A program made the position numbers and the translations under genes. From an uncultured Acidobacteriaceae bacterium (GTDB taxonomy: Bacteria > Acidobacteriota > Terriglobia > Terriglobales > Acidobacteriaceae), in the NCBI GenBank assembly GCA_963779525.1, contig CAVZZB010000007.1, forward strand, positions 261,578 to 325,577: a stretch of DNA of 64,000 nucleotides. Reading direction: 5' to 3'. Shown one piece after another: positions 26,320 to 35,685 of this stretch. How positions within the stretch are numbered: the stretch's first letter is position 1; every line of letters begins with the position of its first letter. Under the pieces are notes generated by a model. That model searched no databases. It was given only the letters and a program-made list of their open reading frames with translations, and was not told where the DNA came from.

Positions 26320-27435
26320 ATGAGTGTCGTGCAGCGAGCACCAGTTGCAGAACCAACGGCTCTGCGAAATCGGCCGCCGAAGCACAATGGCCGTTGGTCC
26401 GGCTACCTTCATCTTCTGATGGCGCGCATGCTGGAGTTAAAGCGCGAACCGGAGGTGGTCTTCTGGGTTTTCGTGTTTCCCCTGCTGCTGGCCGCGGGTC
26501 TCGGAATTGCCTTCCGCAATAAGCCCGCCGATGCGTCCTCGGTTGCAATTGTTGCCGGAGCCGGAGCGGAGCGAGCGGAGGAATTACTGCAACGTTCTCC
26601 GCAGCATGGATCCTTCAAAGTCGACGTGCAAGACGAGCCGACGGCGCGAAAAGGATTTCGCCTGGGGAAATACGATCTCGTAATCGAACCCGACGGAAAA
26701 GGCGGACTGCGTTATCGCTACGATCCTGCGCGTCCGGAGAGCGTCCTCGCAAAGACTGAAGCAGACAATGCGCTGCAGGCGGCGGCTGGGCGTAAAGATG
26801 TGGTGGCAATCACCGTGGTCACATCTTCTGAACCGGGCTCGCGCTACATCGACTTTCTGATTCCCGGATTACTCGGCATGAACCTGATGAACTCGGGAAT
26901 GTGGGGCATCGGATTTGCGCTGGTCGACATGCGTCAGCGCAAGCTGCTGAAGCGCTTCGTGGGCACGCCCATGCGCCGGGGAGATTTTTTGCTTGCGCTG
27001 ATGTCGAGCCGTCTGGTGCTGATGATTATTGAAATCGGGTTGCTTCTGACCCTCGGAGTTCTGGTGTTTCACATGAAGGTACTGGGATCAATTTTCGCCA
27101 TCCTATTCATCGGAGGGCTGGGTGCGATGTGCTTCGGCGGAGTTGGATTACTTACCGCGAGCCGGGCACAAAAAATCGAGAGCGTAAGCGGCCTCATGAA
27201 TCTTGTCATGATGCCTATGTGGATTTTCTCTGGAGTGTTCTTTTCTTACGAGCGCTTTCCGACGGTCATTCAGCCGTTGATCAAAGCGCTTCCACTTACC
27301 GCGCTGAATGACGCTCTGCGCGCCAGCATCCTGGAAGGAACTCCACTGATTCATCAATGGCCGCGCCTGTTCGTGATGTTTCTTTGGGGAGGAGTTTCCT
27401 TCGTTCTGGCGCTTAAGTGGTTCCGCTGGACTTAG
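26320..27435 (+). CDS. ABC-2 type transporter permease
   Basis: Six or more TM segments with typical ABC-2 membrane-domain length. An alternative ATG at 26287 overlaps the upstream gene. Confidence 0.8.
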   Translation: MSVVQRAPVAEPTALRNRPPKHNGRWSGYLHLLMARMLELKREPEVVFWVFVFPLLLAAGLGIAFRNKPADASSVAIVAGAGAERAEELLQRSPQHGSFKVDVQDEPTARKGFRLGKYDLVIEPDGKGGLRYRYDPARPESVLAKTEADNALQAAAGRKDVVAITVVTSSEPGSRYIDFLIPGLLGMNLMNSGMWGIGFALVDMRQRKLLKRFVGTPMRRGDFLLALMSSRLVLMIIEIGLLLTLGVLVFHMKVLGSIFAILFIGGLGAMCFGGVGLLTASRAQKIESVSGLMNLVMMPMWIFSGVFFSYERFPTVIQPLIKALPLTALNDALRASILEGTPLIHQWPRLFVMFLWGGVSFVLALKWFRWT

Positions 27436-27495
27436 AGGCGGTTCTGGATCGGAGGGTCAGAAAGTCTGATTCAACCAGGATGACTTCCGAGCTAA

Positions 27496-27531
27496 GGCCT
27501 CGTTCGCAAATGTGAGGCTACGAACGAGGCC
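27496..27531. terminator. 11-bp-stem hairpin between convergent genes (possible bidirectional terminator)
   Basis: ggcctcgttcg ... cgaacgaggcc with a 14-nt loop. No clear U-tract. Confidence 0.4.
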
Positions 27532-27563
27532 GGCTGCGGTGCTTGCGAGAGCATGACAGCAAC

Positions 27564-27797
27564 TTACGACTTCGCCAGCTTGGCGTTTGCCTTGCGGACC
27601 TTCGCCCAGCGTAGCTTTTGCGCTTCAGCAATTCGTCTGCGGGCTTCTTTGCTCAAGGTACGGCCTGTCCTTTTGAGCTTTGTCTTCTTACCACCAGCGT
27701 GACGTAGAGCATCCAGCGCTTTCCCTACCTGTCCCATCTCTTTTTCAAGACGGGAGTACTCCTTTTGCAGGGAAACAACAACTTTGTCAATGATCAT
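27564..27797 (-). CDS. small basic coiled-coil protein (hypothetical, possibly nucleic-acid binding)
   Basis: 77 aa. N-terminal heptad-like helix, then a Lys/Arg-rich tail ...LSKEARRRIAEAQKLRWAKVRKANAKLAKS. Confidence 0.5.
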   Translation of the reverse strand: MIIDKVVVSLQKEYSRLEKEMGQVGKALDALRHAGGKKTKLKRTGRTLSKEARRRIAEAQKLRWAKVRKANAKLAKS

Positions 27798-27933
27798 TAA
27801 TACCCCCTTGTGTGACTTAGGCTAACACGGTTCCGACATCCAATAATGGATTCGATGTGATTTTTCACTAAGGCAAGCTTATGCAGTGACAAATCGGGAT
27901 TACTTCTGCAATCAGGACGAGTAAGAGCGACTT

Positions 27934-29598
27934 CTATCCGGCTGCGATCGTCGACAGGAAGCGTGGGGATTGTCGAGCTTTTGTGGTCTGCTCAAAAGCG
28001 TAGGCCAGACGGATCAGAGTAGGTTCACTCCAAGCCCGGCCAAAGAAAGAGATACCGACTGGCAGGCCGGAGATGAAACCGGCAGTCACGTTGATATTCG
28101 GGTATCCGGCGACCGCCGCGGCGTTTGAACTGCCTCCCGCCACGTGGTCGCCGTTGATTAAGTCCGTAAGCCACGCGGGGCCGCCGGTGGGCGCAACCAT
28201 GGCATCGAGGTGATACCTGTCCATGGTGGCGTCAATGCCTTCGGTGCGGGCAAGTTGGTGGTTCTTCGCCAGCGCATCGAGGTAAGCTTTCTCAGTTAGC
28301 GGGCCCTTGCTTTCGGCTTTGAGAAATAAGTCTTGTCCGAAATACGGCATTTCTTTTTGCCGGTTGCGATCGTTGAAGTCGATGATGTCTTGCAGCGTCC
28401 GCACGGGAGCATTGGGGCCGAGACCGGCTAGATACGCGTTCAAGTCCGCCTTAAGTTCAAACATAAAAACCAGCAGTTCGCTTTCATCGAACTTACCCAA
28501 GGTTTCAATGTCCGCCGGATCAACAAGTATGGCTCCCTGCTTCTTCATGGCATCAAGCGAATGCTCCATGAGAGCATCGACCGAGTCACTGAAGCCAAAA
28601 TACTTTCTCGCTACCCCGATGCGGGCGCCTTTTAGACCATTGGGATCGCAGAACTGAGCGTAGTCTGTGAACGACTTGCCTTGACTGGCGCTGGTTGCGG
28701 AGTCTCGGGGATCGACTCCAGTAAGAGCGCCCAGCAAAATAGCGGCGTCCCGGAGCGTCCGGCACATGGGGCCAGCCCCATCCTGGCTGTGAGAAATGGG
28801 GATGATGCCGGCACGGCTCACCAGTCCCACCGTGGGCTTGATACCGGCAACGCCATTGGACGATGAAGGGCAAACGATAGACCCGTCGGTCTCGGTACCG
28901 ATAGCCGCCGCGCACAGATTGGCAGAAACTCCCGCTCCGGAGCCGGAGCTCGATCCGCAGGGATTGCGATCCAGCGCATAAGGATTTTTAGTGAGGCCAC
29001 CGCGGCCACTCCATCCGCTGGTCGAGTGGCTGCAGCGGATGTTGGCCCACTCGCTGAGATTCGTCTTCCCTAAAATGACGGCGCCGGCGGTCCGCAGCTT
29101 CTGGGCAACGAAGGAATCATGAGACGGCTTCGAGCCGACCAGGGCGAGCGAACCGGCTGTAGTCATCATTCCATCGGCGGTATCAATATTGTCCTTGATC
29201 AAGATCGGGATGCCGTGCAGCGGCCCGCGCGGTCCTTTCCTTTTCCGCTCCTGATCGAGAGCGTCGGCAATGGAGAGTGCGTCGGGGTTTAACTCGATCA
29301 CGCTGTTAAGGGCGGGACCGTGCTTGTCGATCTGGTCGATGCGGGCAGAATACGTTTCCACCAGAGAGCGGGCCGTGAACTTGCCGGACTTCATTCCATC
29401 CTGCAGGTCGGAGATGGTTATTTCGTCGAGCTCGAACGACTTGATGTCAACGGTTGGTTCGCAAGTCTCTGTTTCGCGCGCCGCCCCCAGAGCGGGATAG
29501 AGAGGAGCGATGGTGGCAACCGCGCCTCCAACGACGGCGGTTTTCAAGAATGAGCGTCGGCTGTCGCCGCTCGCCGCATCGATGTTCTTTCGACTCAT
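27934..29598 (-). CDS. amidase-signature family amidase with a Tat signal
   Basis: SRRSFLKTAVVGGAVATIA leader. GGSSGGS-type signature (CGSSSGSGAGV) and the Ser-cisSer-Lys context. Confidence 0.9.
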   Translation of the reverse strand: MSRKNIDAASGDSRRSFLKTAVVGGAVATIAPLYPALGAARETETCEPTVDIKSFELDEITISDLQDGMKSGKFTARSLVETYSARIDQIDKHGPALNSVIELNPDALSIADALDQERKRKGPRGPLHGIPILIKDNIDTADGMMTTAGSLALVGSKPSHDSFVAQKLRTAGAVILGKTNLSEWANIRCSHSTSGWSGRGGLTKNPYALDRNPCGSSSGSGAGVSANLCAAAIGTETDGSIVCPSSSNGVAGIKPTVGLVSRAGIIPISHSQDGAGPMCRTLRDAAILLGALTGVDPRDSATSASQGKSFTDYAQFCDPNGLKGARIGVARKYFGFSDSVDALMEHSLDAMKKQGAILVDPADIETLGKFDESELLVFMFELKADLNAYLAGLGPNAPVRTLQDIIDFNDRNRQKEMPYFGQDLFLKAESKGPLTEKAYLDALAKNHQLARTEGIDATMDRYHLDAMVAPTGGPAWLTDLINGDHVAGGSSNAAAVAGYPNINVTAGFISGLPVGISFFGRAWSEPTLIRLAYAFEQTTKARQSPRFLSTIAAG

Positions 29599-29731
29599 AA
29601 GTTAGAGTCCTCTCAGCTGACTGAAGAATGGCAAATGGCAACGAACATAGTAATTCAGTGCAATGGAAACTGCTGAGGGACCAGGGAGTCCTGACACCGC
29701 GCCCGCCGTAACCCCGAGTGTTCACGCGGAC

Positions 29732-30301
29732 CTAAGTTCGCTTATTACCGCGGCGCGCCGCGCCAACGGCCGCGCTAACTCCTACCGGTGGCTTGGCGAC
29801 AGCGGCCAAGAGATTTTGATGGTCCTCGCATGGATTGTAGGCTTCGTCCGGGAACCATGTGCCAGCGAATAGATCCCCTTGTCGTGCCACGGTACAACGC
29901 TGCACATGCACACTGTCGATGAAGCTGTGCTTAATGTGAGGAGCTCCCCAGTCCCCGCCCCAGATCATTCCGCTGCTCTGGGCCAGCTGCCCAAGAAAAG
30001 AAAAATCTCCTTTCCACGACGGCTCGCCGTTTACTACGCGCACAATGTCACAAGCCAGGCCATAGTGGTGCACTCCGACGGTGCGAAGTTTTGTCGCCCC
30101 GTGGTTAAACAGGTCTTGCTGGCGCTCCTCGCTGCGGTAGGTTTCATAGATCATCAGCTCGATTCCCATCTGGCCGGCGGCAGAGACGATACCTGCCACG
30201 AGTTGCCGGGTGGACTGCTCCAGCAGGGAAGGGTCGCTGACGCGACTGACAGACTCGAACCGCGTGTCTTTGGAGATGACATCAGTGTAAAAATTTCCCA
30301 T
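29732..30301 (-). CDS. M15-family (VanY / L-Ala-D-Glu endolysin-like) zinc peptidase, no signal peptide
   Basis: R..ERQ..L......H..GLACD ... WGGDW ... DSVH, the arrangement of M15 cell-wall peptidases. Confidence 0.7.
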   Translation of the reverse strand: MGNFYTDVISKDTRFESVSRVSDPSLLEQSTRQLVAGIVSAAGQMGIELMIYETYRSEERQQDLFNHGATKLRTVGVHHYGLACDIVRVVNGEPSWKGDFSFLGQLAQSSGMIWGGDWGAPHIKHSFIDSVHVQRCTVARQGDLFAGTWFPDEAYNPCEDHQNLLAAVAKPPVGVSAAVGAARRGNKRT

Positions 30302-30559
30302 GGAATACCTCCATGACTTCGAAGTCGATTCGCAGAAAAACCCGCGTGGCTTCCCATCGTACGCCGCTTCTCAGCGCCTTCTGCCCGTCCCAGACTCACT
30401 TGAACATTTTTGTGTGCAATTTTGGAACATCGTGTATAATCGGTTCCAGCTAAGTTTGACTCACACGCAATTGAAGGTCGGTATCGCCAACCAGCGTCAC
30501 CCCCTCACTAGCAGAGAATCTTCCATAGCACATTTCAAGAAACAGGAATAGGACTATCA
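30302..30559 (+). promoter_or_regulatory. cspA upstream region: TATAAT box at 30435-30440 and a leader of roughly 110 nt
   Basis: Perfect TATAAT hexamer preceded by TTG-containing sequence. Long leaders are characteristic of cold-shock mRNAs. The TSS has not been determined. Confidence 0.4.
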
Positions 30560-30763
30560 ATGGCAGAACAAGGAACAGTGAAGTGGTTTAACGACGCCAA
30601 AGGCTATGGCTTTATCAGCCGTCAGAATGGCGAAGACGTTTTCGTGCATTTCTCCGCGATTCAGGCTGGCGGCTTCCGCAGCCTGCAAGAAGGCCAAACC
30701 GTGCAGTTCGACGTGACCAAGGGCCCTAAGGGCTGGCAAGCGGAGAACGTTCAAGCGGTCTAA
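30560..30763 (+). CDS. cspA: cold-shock protein (CspA family)
   Basis: [15 protein letters not shown] (RNP1) and DVFVHFSAI (RNP2). 67 aa. Confidence 0.95.
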   Translation: MAEQGTVKWFNDAKGYGFISRQNGEDVFVHFSAIQAGGFRSLQEGQTVQFDVTKGPKGWQAENVQAV

Positions 30764-30792
30764 GCGAAAACGCTCTCGAAGCTATCACTGAA

Positions 30793-30828
30793 ATGCCCGT
30801 ATTCGAAAGGATACGGGCATTCTGTTTT
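30793..30828 (+). terminator. rho-independent terminator of cspA
   Basis: atgcccgtat / atacgggcat 10-bp stem with an 8-nt loop, followed by tctgtttt. Confidence 0.7.
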
Positions 30829-30861
30829 GCTGAACGAATTCCTCGGCTTCCTCGCAAGTTT

Positions 30862-31656
30862 TCAAGCTGGGCGCGCACCCCGCACCATCTCCACCAGAAC
30901 TTGCCGAGCTTCACTTGCGCTCTGAACCTCTCGCAGGAACCCGATACGAACCCCACGAATCCCGTCGGCGGTTTTGAGGCGTGCGTGAAATCCGAGCCGG
31001 TCTACGGCGGTCATCGCTGCTTCTTGTGCCTCCACTCCCGCGTGCGCCCGAGCCAGTTGGACCAGGGCATCTTGATGATCGGCGTTCATGTGCGCAATGA
31101 TTCCTTCAGCCGCGTCGGCGAGTGGATCGGTCTGTGCCAGGTCGTAATCCCTCGCCTGCACCCAGCCCATCACGCCGAATCCGCCAACGTAGTAAACGTC
31201 TAACACGTCCATGCGGTAAAAAGAAAAATCTTCAAAGTCCACCCAATATTTGCTGTTGGCATAACGCGCCAAATAAAGCCTGCGAGCAACGGAGACTTCT
31301 TCTCCCGGTATCGTCGTCACATTTCCCACCAGCGTAACTCGTGACCCACCCAGCGGATCGCCATCTCCGGCAGGTTGTGAGATCAGCAGACTGGCGCGCG
31401 GATCGCCCTGCAGATTCTGGGTGTGCATCGCCATGGTGCTGATGAGGAATATTGGACGTCCGCGCTCGTCGAGTCCGTAGGGCATCACCGATCCGAAAGG
31501 GAAGCCCGGCTGCTTGCGGGAAATCGTGGAGAGGCTGCCAATCCGGGCCAGGTAGACCAGTGTGCGCGCCCGTTCCGCGAAGGAAGGCTCGGGAACCGCC
31601 GGCCGGTTGCTCGCCACCCCTGAGGAGCCGTGTTGTCGAGTGGAAGAATCTGACAT
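30862..31656 (-). CDS. HugZ-like / pyridoxamine-5'-phosphate-oxidase-fold protein with a DUF2470-like C-terminal domain
   Basis: Split-barrel FMN/heme-binding style N-domain (GFPFGSVMPY...R.TLVG). C-terminal ...IIAHMNADHQDAL... is typical of DUF2470. Confidence 0.7.
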   Translation of the reverse strand: MSDSSTRQHGSSGVASNRPAVPEPSFAERARTLVYLARIGSLSTISRKQPGFPFGSVMPYGLDERGRPIFLISTMAMHTQNLQGDPRASLLISQPAGDGDPLGGSRVTLVGNVTTIPGEEVSVARRLYLARYANSKYWVDFEDFSFYRMDVLDVYYVGGFGVMGWVQARDYDLAQTDPLADAAEGIIAHMNADHQDALVQLARAHAGVEAQEAAMTAVDRLGFHARLKTADGIRGVRIGFLREVQSASEARQVLVEMVRGARPA

Positions 31657-31751
31657 TGTGATCTCTTGAGCCAGTCTAAATGAAACGAGAGATTGCGCGT
31701 CGTGAGTTGCACCCGCGATTGTCTCCGGCGCCTTCGGATGCTAGACTCTGA

Positions 31752-31781
31752 TTGACCTACAAGCTGATATCTGCCTAAGCT
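31752..31781 (+). promoter_or_regulatory. candidate sigma-70 promoter for tRNA-Gly
   Basis: TTGACC (31752-57), an 18-nt spacer, then TAAGCT (31776-81), about 10 nt before the tRNA 5' end. Confidence 0.35.
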
Positions 31782-31791
31782 TTTCGAGTGA

Positions 31792-31866
31792 GCGGGAGTA
31801 GTTCAGCGGTAGAACGCCAGCTTCCCAAGCTGGATGTCGCCGGTTCGATCCCGGTCTCCCGCTCCA
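31792..31866 (+). tRNA. tRNA-Gly (anticodon CCC), CCA encoded
   Basis: Cloverleaf folded by hand: acceptor GCGGGAG/CTCCCGC, D stem GTTC/GAAC, anticodon stem CCAGC/GCTGG with loop TTCCCAA, T arm GCCGG-TTCGATC-CCGGT, then T-CCA. Confidence 0.9.
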
Positions 31867-32210
31867 TAATTTGGAATTGCGCGAAAATGCCCCAAAAAGC
31901 CACTGCACTCACACCCATGAGTGACTCAAATCACAGACCGAAAGAGTCGATTCAAGCGATAACCAATTGCGTCGGCCGGGATGGCTGCAAGCCGGACGGC
32001 GCTTCGGAGCCTTAGGTTTGTAGGTGCGAATACGGGACCGTGTCGTCGCGCATTCATGCAAGACATTCATTCTGAATCATAAATAGAGCAGCGCGCCCAC
32101 ATCGGTGTCCTTCATAGCCTCCCTTCCTTTGCGACTCCGCAAAATCGAACCCACTACGTTTGCGAGATCACCGGCGCGATCCCTGGGGAACGCCGAAGGC
32201 AGGAAGGCCT

Positions 32211-33410
32211 ATGTCCAAACATCCAACCATCGCAGAACATCTGAAAGCCAGCGGAGTCTCCCGCAGAAGCTTCCTCCAGCTGTGCGGCACGCTGATGGCA
32301 ACCGCGCCCTTTGGCTTGGCGCTCACCGGCAAGAAGTCGATCCTGCAGATTGCCGACGCCATCGGCAAAACGAAGCGGCCGTCTGTGATTTGGCTGCATT
32401 TCCAGGACTGCACGGGATGCACCGAGACGCTGTTGCGAACTTCCGCTCCCGACGTTGCTCATCTCATCCTGGACGTGATCTCTCTCGACTATCACGAGAC
32501 GCTGATGGCCGCGTCCGGGGCACAAGCCGAGGCCGCGTTGCACTCCGCCATGGCCGAAAACGCCGGGAAGTATGTCCTGGTGGTGGAAGGCGCGATTCCC
32601 ACCAAGGACGACGGCGTTTACTACGAAATGGGCGGCCGGCCGGGCGTGCAGGTTTTGCGGGAAGTCGCAGCGCAGGCTGCCGCAGTGATCGCTATCGGCT
32701 CCTGCGCCTCATGGGGCGGTGTGCCCTCGGCCGACCCGAATCCCACCGGCGCCATGGGTGTAAGTTCGGTTGTCTCCGGAAAACCGATCGTCAATTTGCC
32801 GGGCTGTCCTCCCAATCCTTACAACTTGCTGGCCGTAGTTCTGGAATACGTCACCATGGGCAAGCTTCCGGCGATGGACGAATTTGGCCGGCCGCTGTTC
32901 GCCTACGAGCGCGTGATTCACGAGAACTGCCCACGGCGAGCGCACTTTGACGCTGGCCGCTTCGCCTACGCCTTCGGCGATGAAGGCCATCGCAAGGGCT
33001 GGTGCCTCTACAAACTCGGCTGCAAAGGACCGGTGACTCACGCCGCCTGCTCCACGCGCCACTTCAATGAAATTCCGGGAGTATGGCCGATCGGCCTCGG
33101 AATCCCCTGCGTAGGCTGCACCGAGAAGAGTGTGGTGTGGAGGATGAGCACCGTGGAAACCGTTCCCATTCATCTGGCCACTCCGCCCGACACTTATCCG
33201 CCGATTTACAGCAGTGCGGGTCAGTTGAAAGTGGGTGCTGCCGCGCTGGTGGGCGTAATCGCAGGAGCCGTCGGAGGCGCCACCTGGGTGGCTTCGCAGC
33301 GCTTCCAGAGCAGCCAGGAAGCCGGTGTGGCCCGGGTGATTGCGGACCGAACGCACGCGGAGAAACTCAAGCTGTCGTCCGAGAACCAAACTCCGAAGAA
33401 AGAGGACTGA
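32211..33410 (+). CDS. hybO: [NiFe]-hydrogenase small subunit, Tat-exported, with a C-terminal TM anchor (group 1, Hyb-like)
   Basis: SRRSFLQLCG Tat motif. FeS ligands QDCTGCTE, GSCASWGG, PGCPP, ENCPRRAHF, WCLYKLGCKGP and PCVGCTE. The ATG at 32211 follows AGGAAGG. Confidence 0.9.
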   Translation: MSKHPTIAEHLKASGVSRRSFLQLCGTLMATAPFGLALTGKKSILQIADAIGKTKRPSVIWLHFQDCTGCTETLLRTSAPDVAHLILDVISLDYHETLMAASGAQAEAALHSAMAENAGKYVLVVEGAIPTKDDGVYYEMGGRPGVQVLREVAAQAAAVIAIGSCASWGGVPSADPNPTGAMGVSSVVSGKPIVNLPGCPPNPYNLLAVVLEYVTMGKLPAMDEFGRPLFAYERVIHENCPRRAHFDAGRFAYAFGDEGHRKGWCLYKLGCKGPVTHAACSTRHFNEIPGVWPIGLGIPCVGCTEKSVVWRMSTVETVPIHLATPPDTYPPIYSSAGQLKVGAAALVGVIAGAVGGATWVASQRFQSSQEAGVARVIADRTHAEKLKLSSENQTPKKED

Positions 33411-33411
33411 C

Positions 33412-34338
33412 GTGGCCATCACCCGGCGAGAATTGTTTACCACCGTCGCCAAGGCCGGAGTGCCGGCGGCCGTGGCCCTTACCGTTGGCCCAAAGGCTCT
33501 GCAGGCCGAAGAGATTCCGGTTCCCAGCGCCGCTGTCGGATTGCTGTACGACGCCAGTATCTGCATCGGTTGCAAGGCCTGTGAGGCTGCCTGTTCCGAG
33601 GCCAACAATACCCCTGAGGACATTCGCGGCGATAGCTTGCATCAGGCGCCCACGGATCTCAACGAACTCACCCGCAACATCATCAAGCTTTATAAGCCAG
33701 AAGATGGCTCTGCCTTTTCTTTTGTGAAGCGCCAGTGCATGCAGTGCCTTGATCCGGCTTGCGCTGCCGGCTGTCCCTTCCAGGCGCTGCACAAGAACCC
33801 CGAGACCGGCATCGTCAGTTGGACGGCAGATAAATGCATTGGCTGCCGCTACTGCACCATCACGTGCCCGTATCACATTCCGCGCTTCCAATGGCAGGGA
33901 TACAATCCGCGCGTCACGAAGTGCGAATTGTGCAGCGACCGGCTGGAGAAAGGCTTGAAGCCGGGATGCACCAGCGTGTGCCCCACCGGAGCCGTAGTTT
34001 TTGGCCCGCGCACCGTTCTGCTCGCCGAGGCGAAGCAGCGCATCAAGAATCATCCCGGCCGCTACTATCAAAACCGCGTATACGGAGAAAACGACAACGG
34101 CGGCACACAAGCTTTGTATCTCTCCCGTGTGCCTTTCGAAAAGCTTGGGCTTCCCGAACTCGGCACCGAGTCGGTGCCGGCCAGAACTCTGCGTTGGCAG
34201 AGGCGGCTCTACCAATATTTTGCGCTGCCCGCTTTGTTATATGCCGGCCTGGTGCAAGTAATTCGTACCAGCTTGAAAGGCTATGAGGATGAAGCGCATG
34301 AGCACGAGAAAGAGACTGGATTGAGGGCGCAACTCTGA
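33412..34338 (+). CDS. hybA: HybA-like 4Fe-4S ferredoxin-type hydrogenase subunit (Tat signal, C-terminal TM helix)
   Basis: ITRRELF twin-Arg. CIGCKACEAAC, CMQCLDPACAAGCP, CIGCRYCTITCP and CELC...CPTG cluster motifs. The GTG start lies 1 nt after the small-subunit stop. Confidence 0.85.
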   Translation: MAITRRELFTTVAKAGVPAAVALTVGPKALQAEEIPVPSAAVGLLYDASICIGCKACEAACSEANNTPEDIRGDSLHQAPTDLNELTRNIIKLYKPEDGSAFSFVKRQCMQCLDPACAAGCPFQALHKNPETGIVSWTADKCIGCRYCTITCPYHIPRFQWQGYNPRVTKCELCSDRLEKGLKPGCTSVCPTGAVVFGPRTVLLAEAKQRIKNHPGRYYQNRVYGENDNGGTQALYLSRVPFEKLGLPELGTESVPARTLRWQRRLYQYFALPALLYAGLVQVIRTSLKGYEDEAHEHEKETGLRAQL

Positions 34339-34348
34339 GGTCACAAAT

Positions 34349-35674
34349 ATGAGCAGCACAACCATCACCAATGCGTCCGCCGCTCAAAGCCGCTGGGAAC
34401 GGGCCGTGCCGGTATATGGATTTCCCGTGGTCAACCGGTTCTTTCTGGGATTGATCGCCATGACTCTGCTGGCGTTCATTTTGACGGCTTACCGCGAACT
34501 CGCGGGCCTCGGTCCGGTCAGCGGCATGAACGACGCATTTGGCTGGGGAATTTGGAAAACCTTCAATGTGATGGTGCTCACCGCGTTGGGTTCCGGCGCA
34601 TTCGCGGTGGGAATCGCCGCATGGGTGTTCCGCCGCAAGCGCCTGCATGCGCTCATGCGCATGGCCCTGCTCACCAGCTTCCTGGCCTACGCCTGCGGGC
34701 TTTTGTTACTCGGTATCGATGCCGGCCGTCCCTGGAACTTCTACTGGATCGTTTTCCCCTGGAAATGGAATATGCACTCGCCGCTGGCCGAAGTCGCGAT
34801 CTGCATGTCGATCTACGCCATGGTCCCGCTGGCCATCGAAAACATCCCTCCCGTCCTCGAAAGACTTTGGTATTTCGATTCCCGCCTGCGGCCCGGAGTG
34901 GAGCGTTTGGAGCGCCGGCTGCATTATTTCTTTCCCTGGATTATTGCCGCCGCCTACTTGTTGCCGGGCATGCATCAATCATCCCTCGGTGCCTTGATGC
35001 TGCTGGCGGGCGAACGCGTCCATCCCTTGTGGCAGAGTCCGTGGTTGCCATTCTTGTATCTGGGCGCGGCCACTTTTATGTCGTTCGGGTGCGTGGCCGG
35101 AACCACCATGTTGTGCTGCCTGGTCTGGAAGCGTGCCATGGACATGGAGGTGCTGGACGAAGCCGCCCGCATCACCGCCTGGCTGATCTTCGGATGGATC
35201 GTGTGGAGGCTTCTGGACATCCTCTTTCGGGGCGCTCTGGGCACTGCCTTCCACTTCGATCGCTTTGCCGGTGTTTTCTGGCTGGAGATGATTCTGATCG
35301 GGACGGGCGGCTGGATGTTGCGCCGGTCGTTGCAAACCCATCAAACCCGGACAATGTTTCTGGGCTACATTCTCAGTTCGCTGGGCGGAATGATCTATCG
35401 CTTTAGCCCCACGACATTAGCCTTCCGGCCCAACCCCGAATCTCTCTATTTTCCGAGCACCATCGAAATCCTGGTCTCTCTGGGCTTTATCGCCATGGGA
35501 GTTGCGGGATTTCTTCTCATCGTCAAACGGTTCGCCATTCTTCCGGCTCCTCTTTATGACTGGCACGATATGGCGAGCTACTTCCGGTTCCGCAGGCCCT
35601 ACATTCGCTGGACGGGATACTTCAAGTACGGGCACTACGGCGAGAACGAGACTGAGGCAACACACTCTGATTAA
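34349..35674 (+). CDS. hybB: NrfD/PsrC-family integral membrane subunit (HybB-like quinone-interacting subunit)
   Basis: Around 10 TM segments. Its position between hybA-like and the large subunit matches E. coli hybOABC. Confidence 0.8.
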   Translation: MSSTTITNASAAQSRWERAVPVYGFPVVNRFFLGLIAMTLLAFILTAYRELAGLGPVSGMNDAFGWGIWKTFNVMVLTALGSGAFAVGIAAWVFRRKRLHALMRMALLTSFLAYACGLLLLGIDAGRPWNFYWIVFPWKWNMHSPLAEVAICMSIYAMVPLAIENIPPVLERLWYFDSRLRPGVERLERRLHYFFPWIIAAAYLLPGMHQSSLGALMLLAGERVHPLWQSPWLPFLYLGAATFMSFGCVAGTTMLCCLVWKRAMDMEVLDEAARITAWLIFGWIVWRLLDILFRGALGTAFHFDRFAGVFWLEMILIGTGGWMLRRSLQTHQTRTMFLGYILSSLGGMIYRFSPTTLAFRPNPESLYFPSTIEILVSLGFIAMGVAGFLLIVKRFAILPAPLYDWHDMASYFRFRRPYIRWTGYFKYGHYGENETEATHSD

Positions 35675-35685
35675 CAGCAGGTCTT

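Noticed and set aside
31788-32015. 75-aa ORF overlapping the tRNA-Gly gene
   Set aside because: It begins inside a well-folded tRNA gene on the same strand, so it is an artefact of ORF calling.
31866-32210. Integrase or att site next to tRNA-Gly
   Set aside because: No integrase-like ORF and no repeat of the tRNA 3' end were seen in the spacer or at the far side of the hyp genes by eye. The island status of the hydrogenase block therefore remains inference only.
32105-32950. 281-aa plus-strand ORF overlapping the hydrogenase small-subunit gene in another frame
   Set aside because: The small-subunit frame carries every expected Tat and FeS motif. The alternative frame is Arg-rich nonsense.
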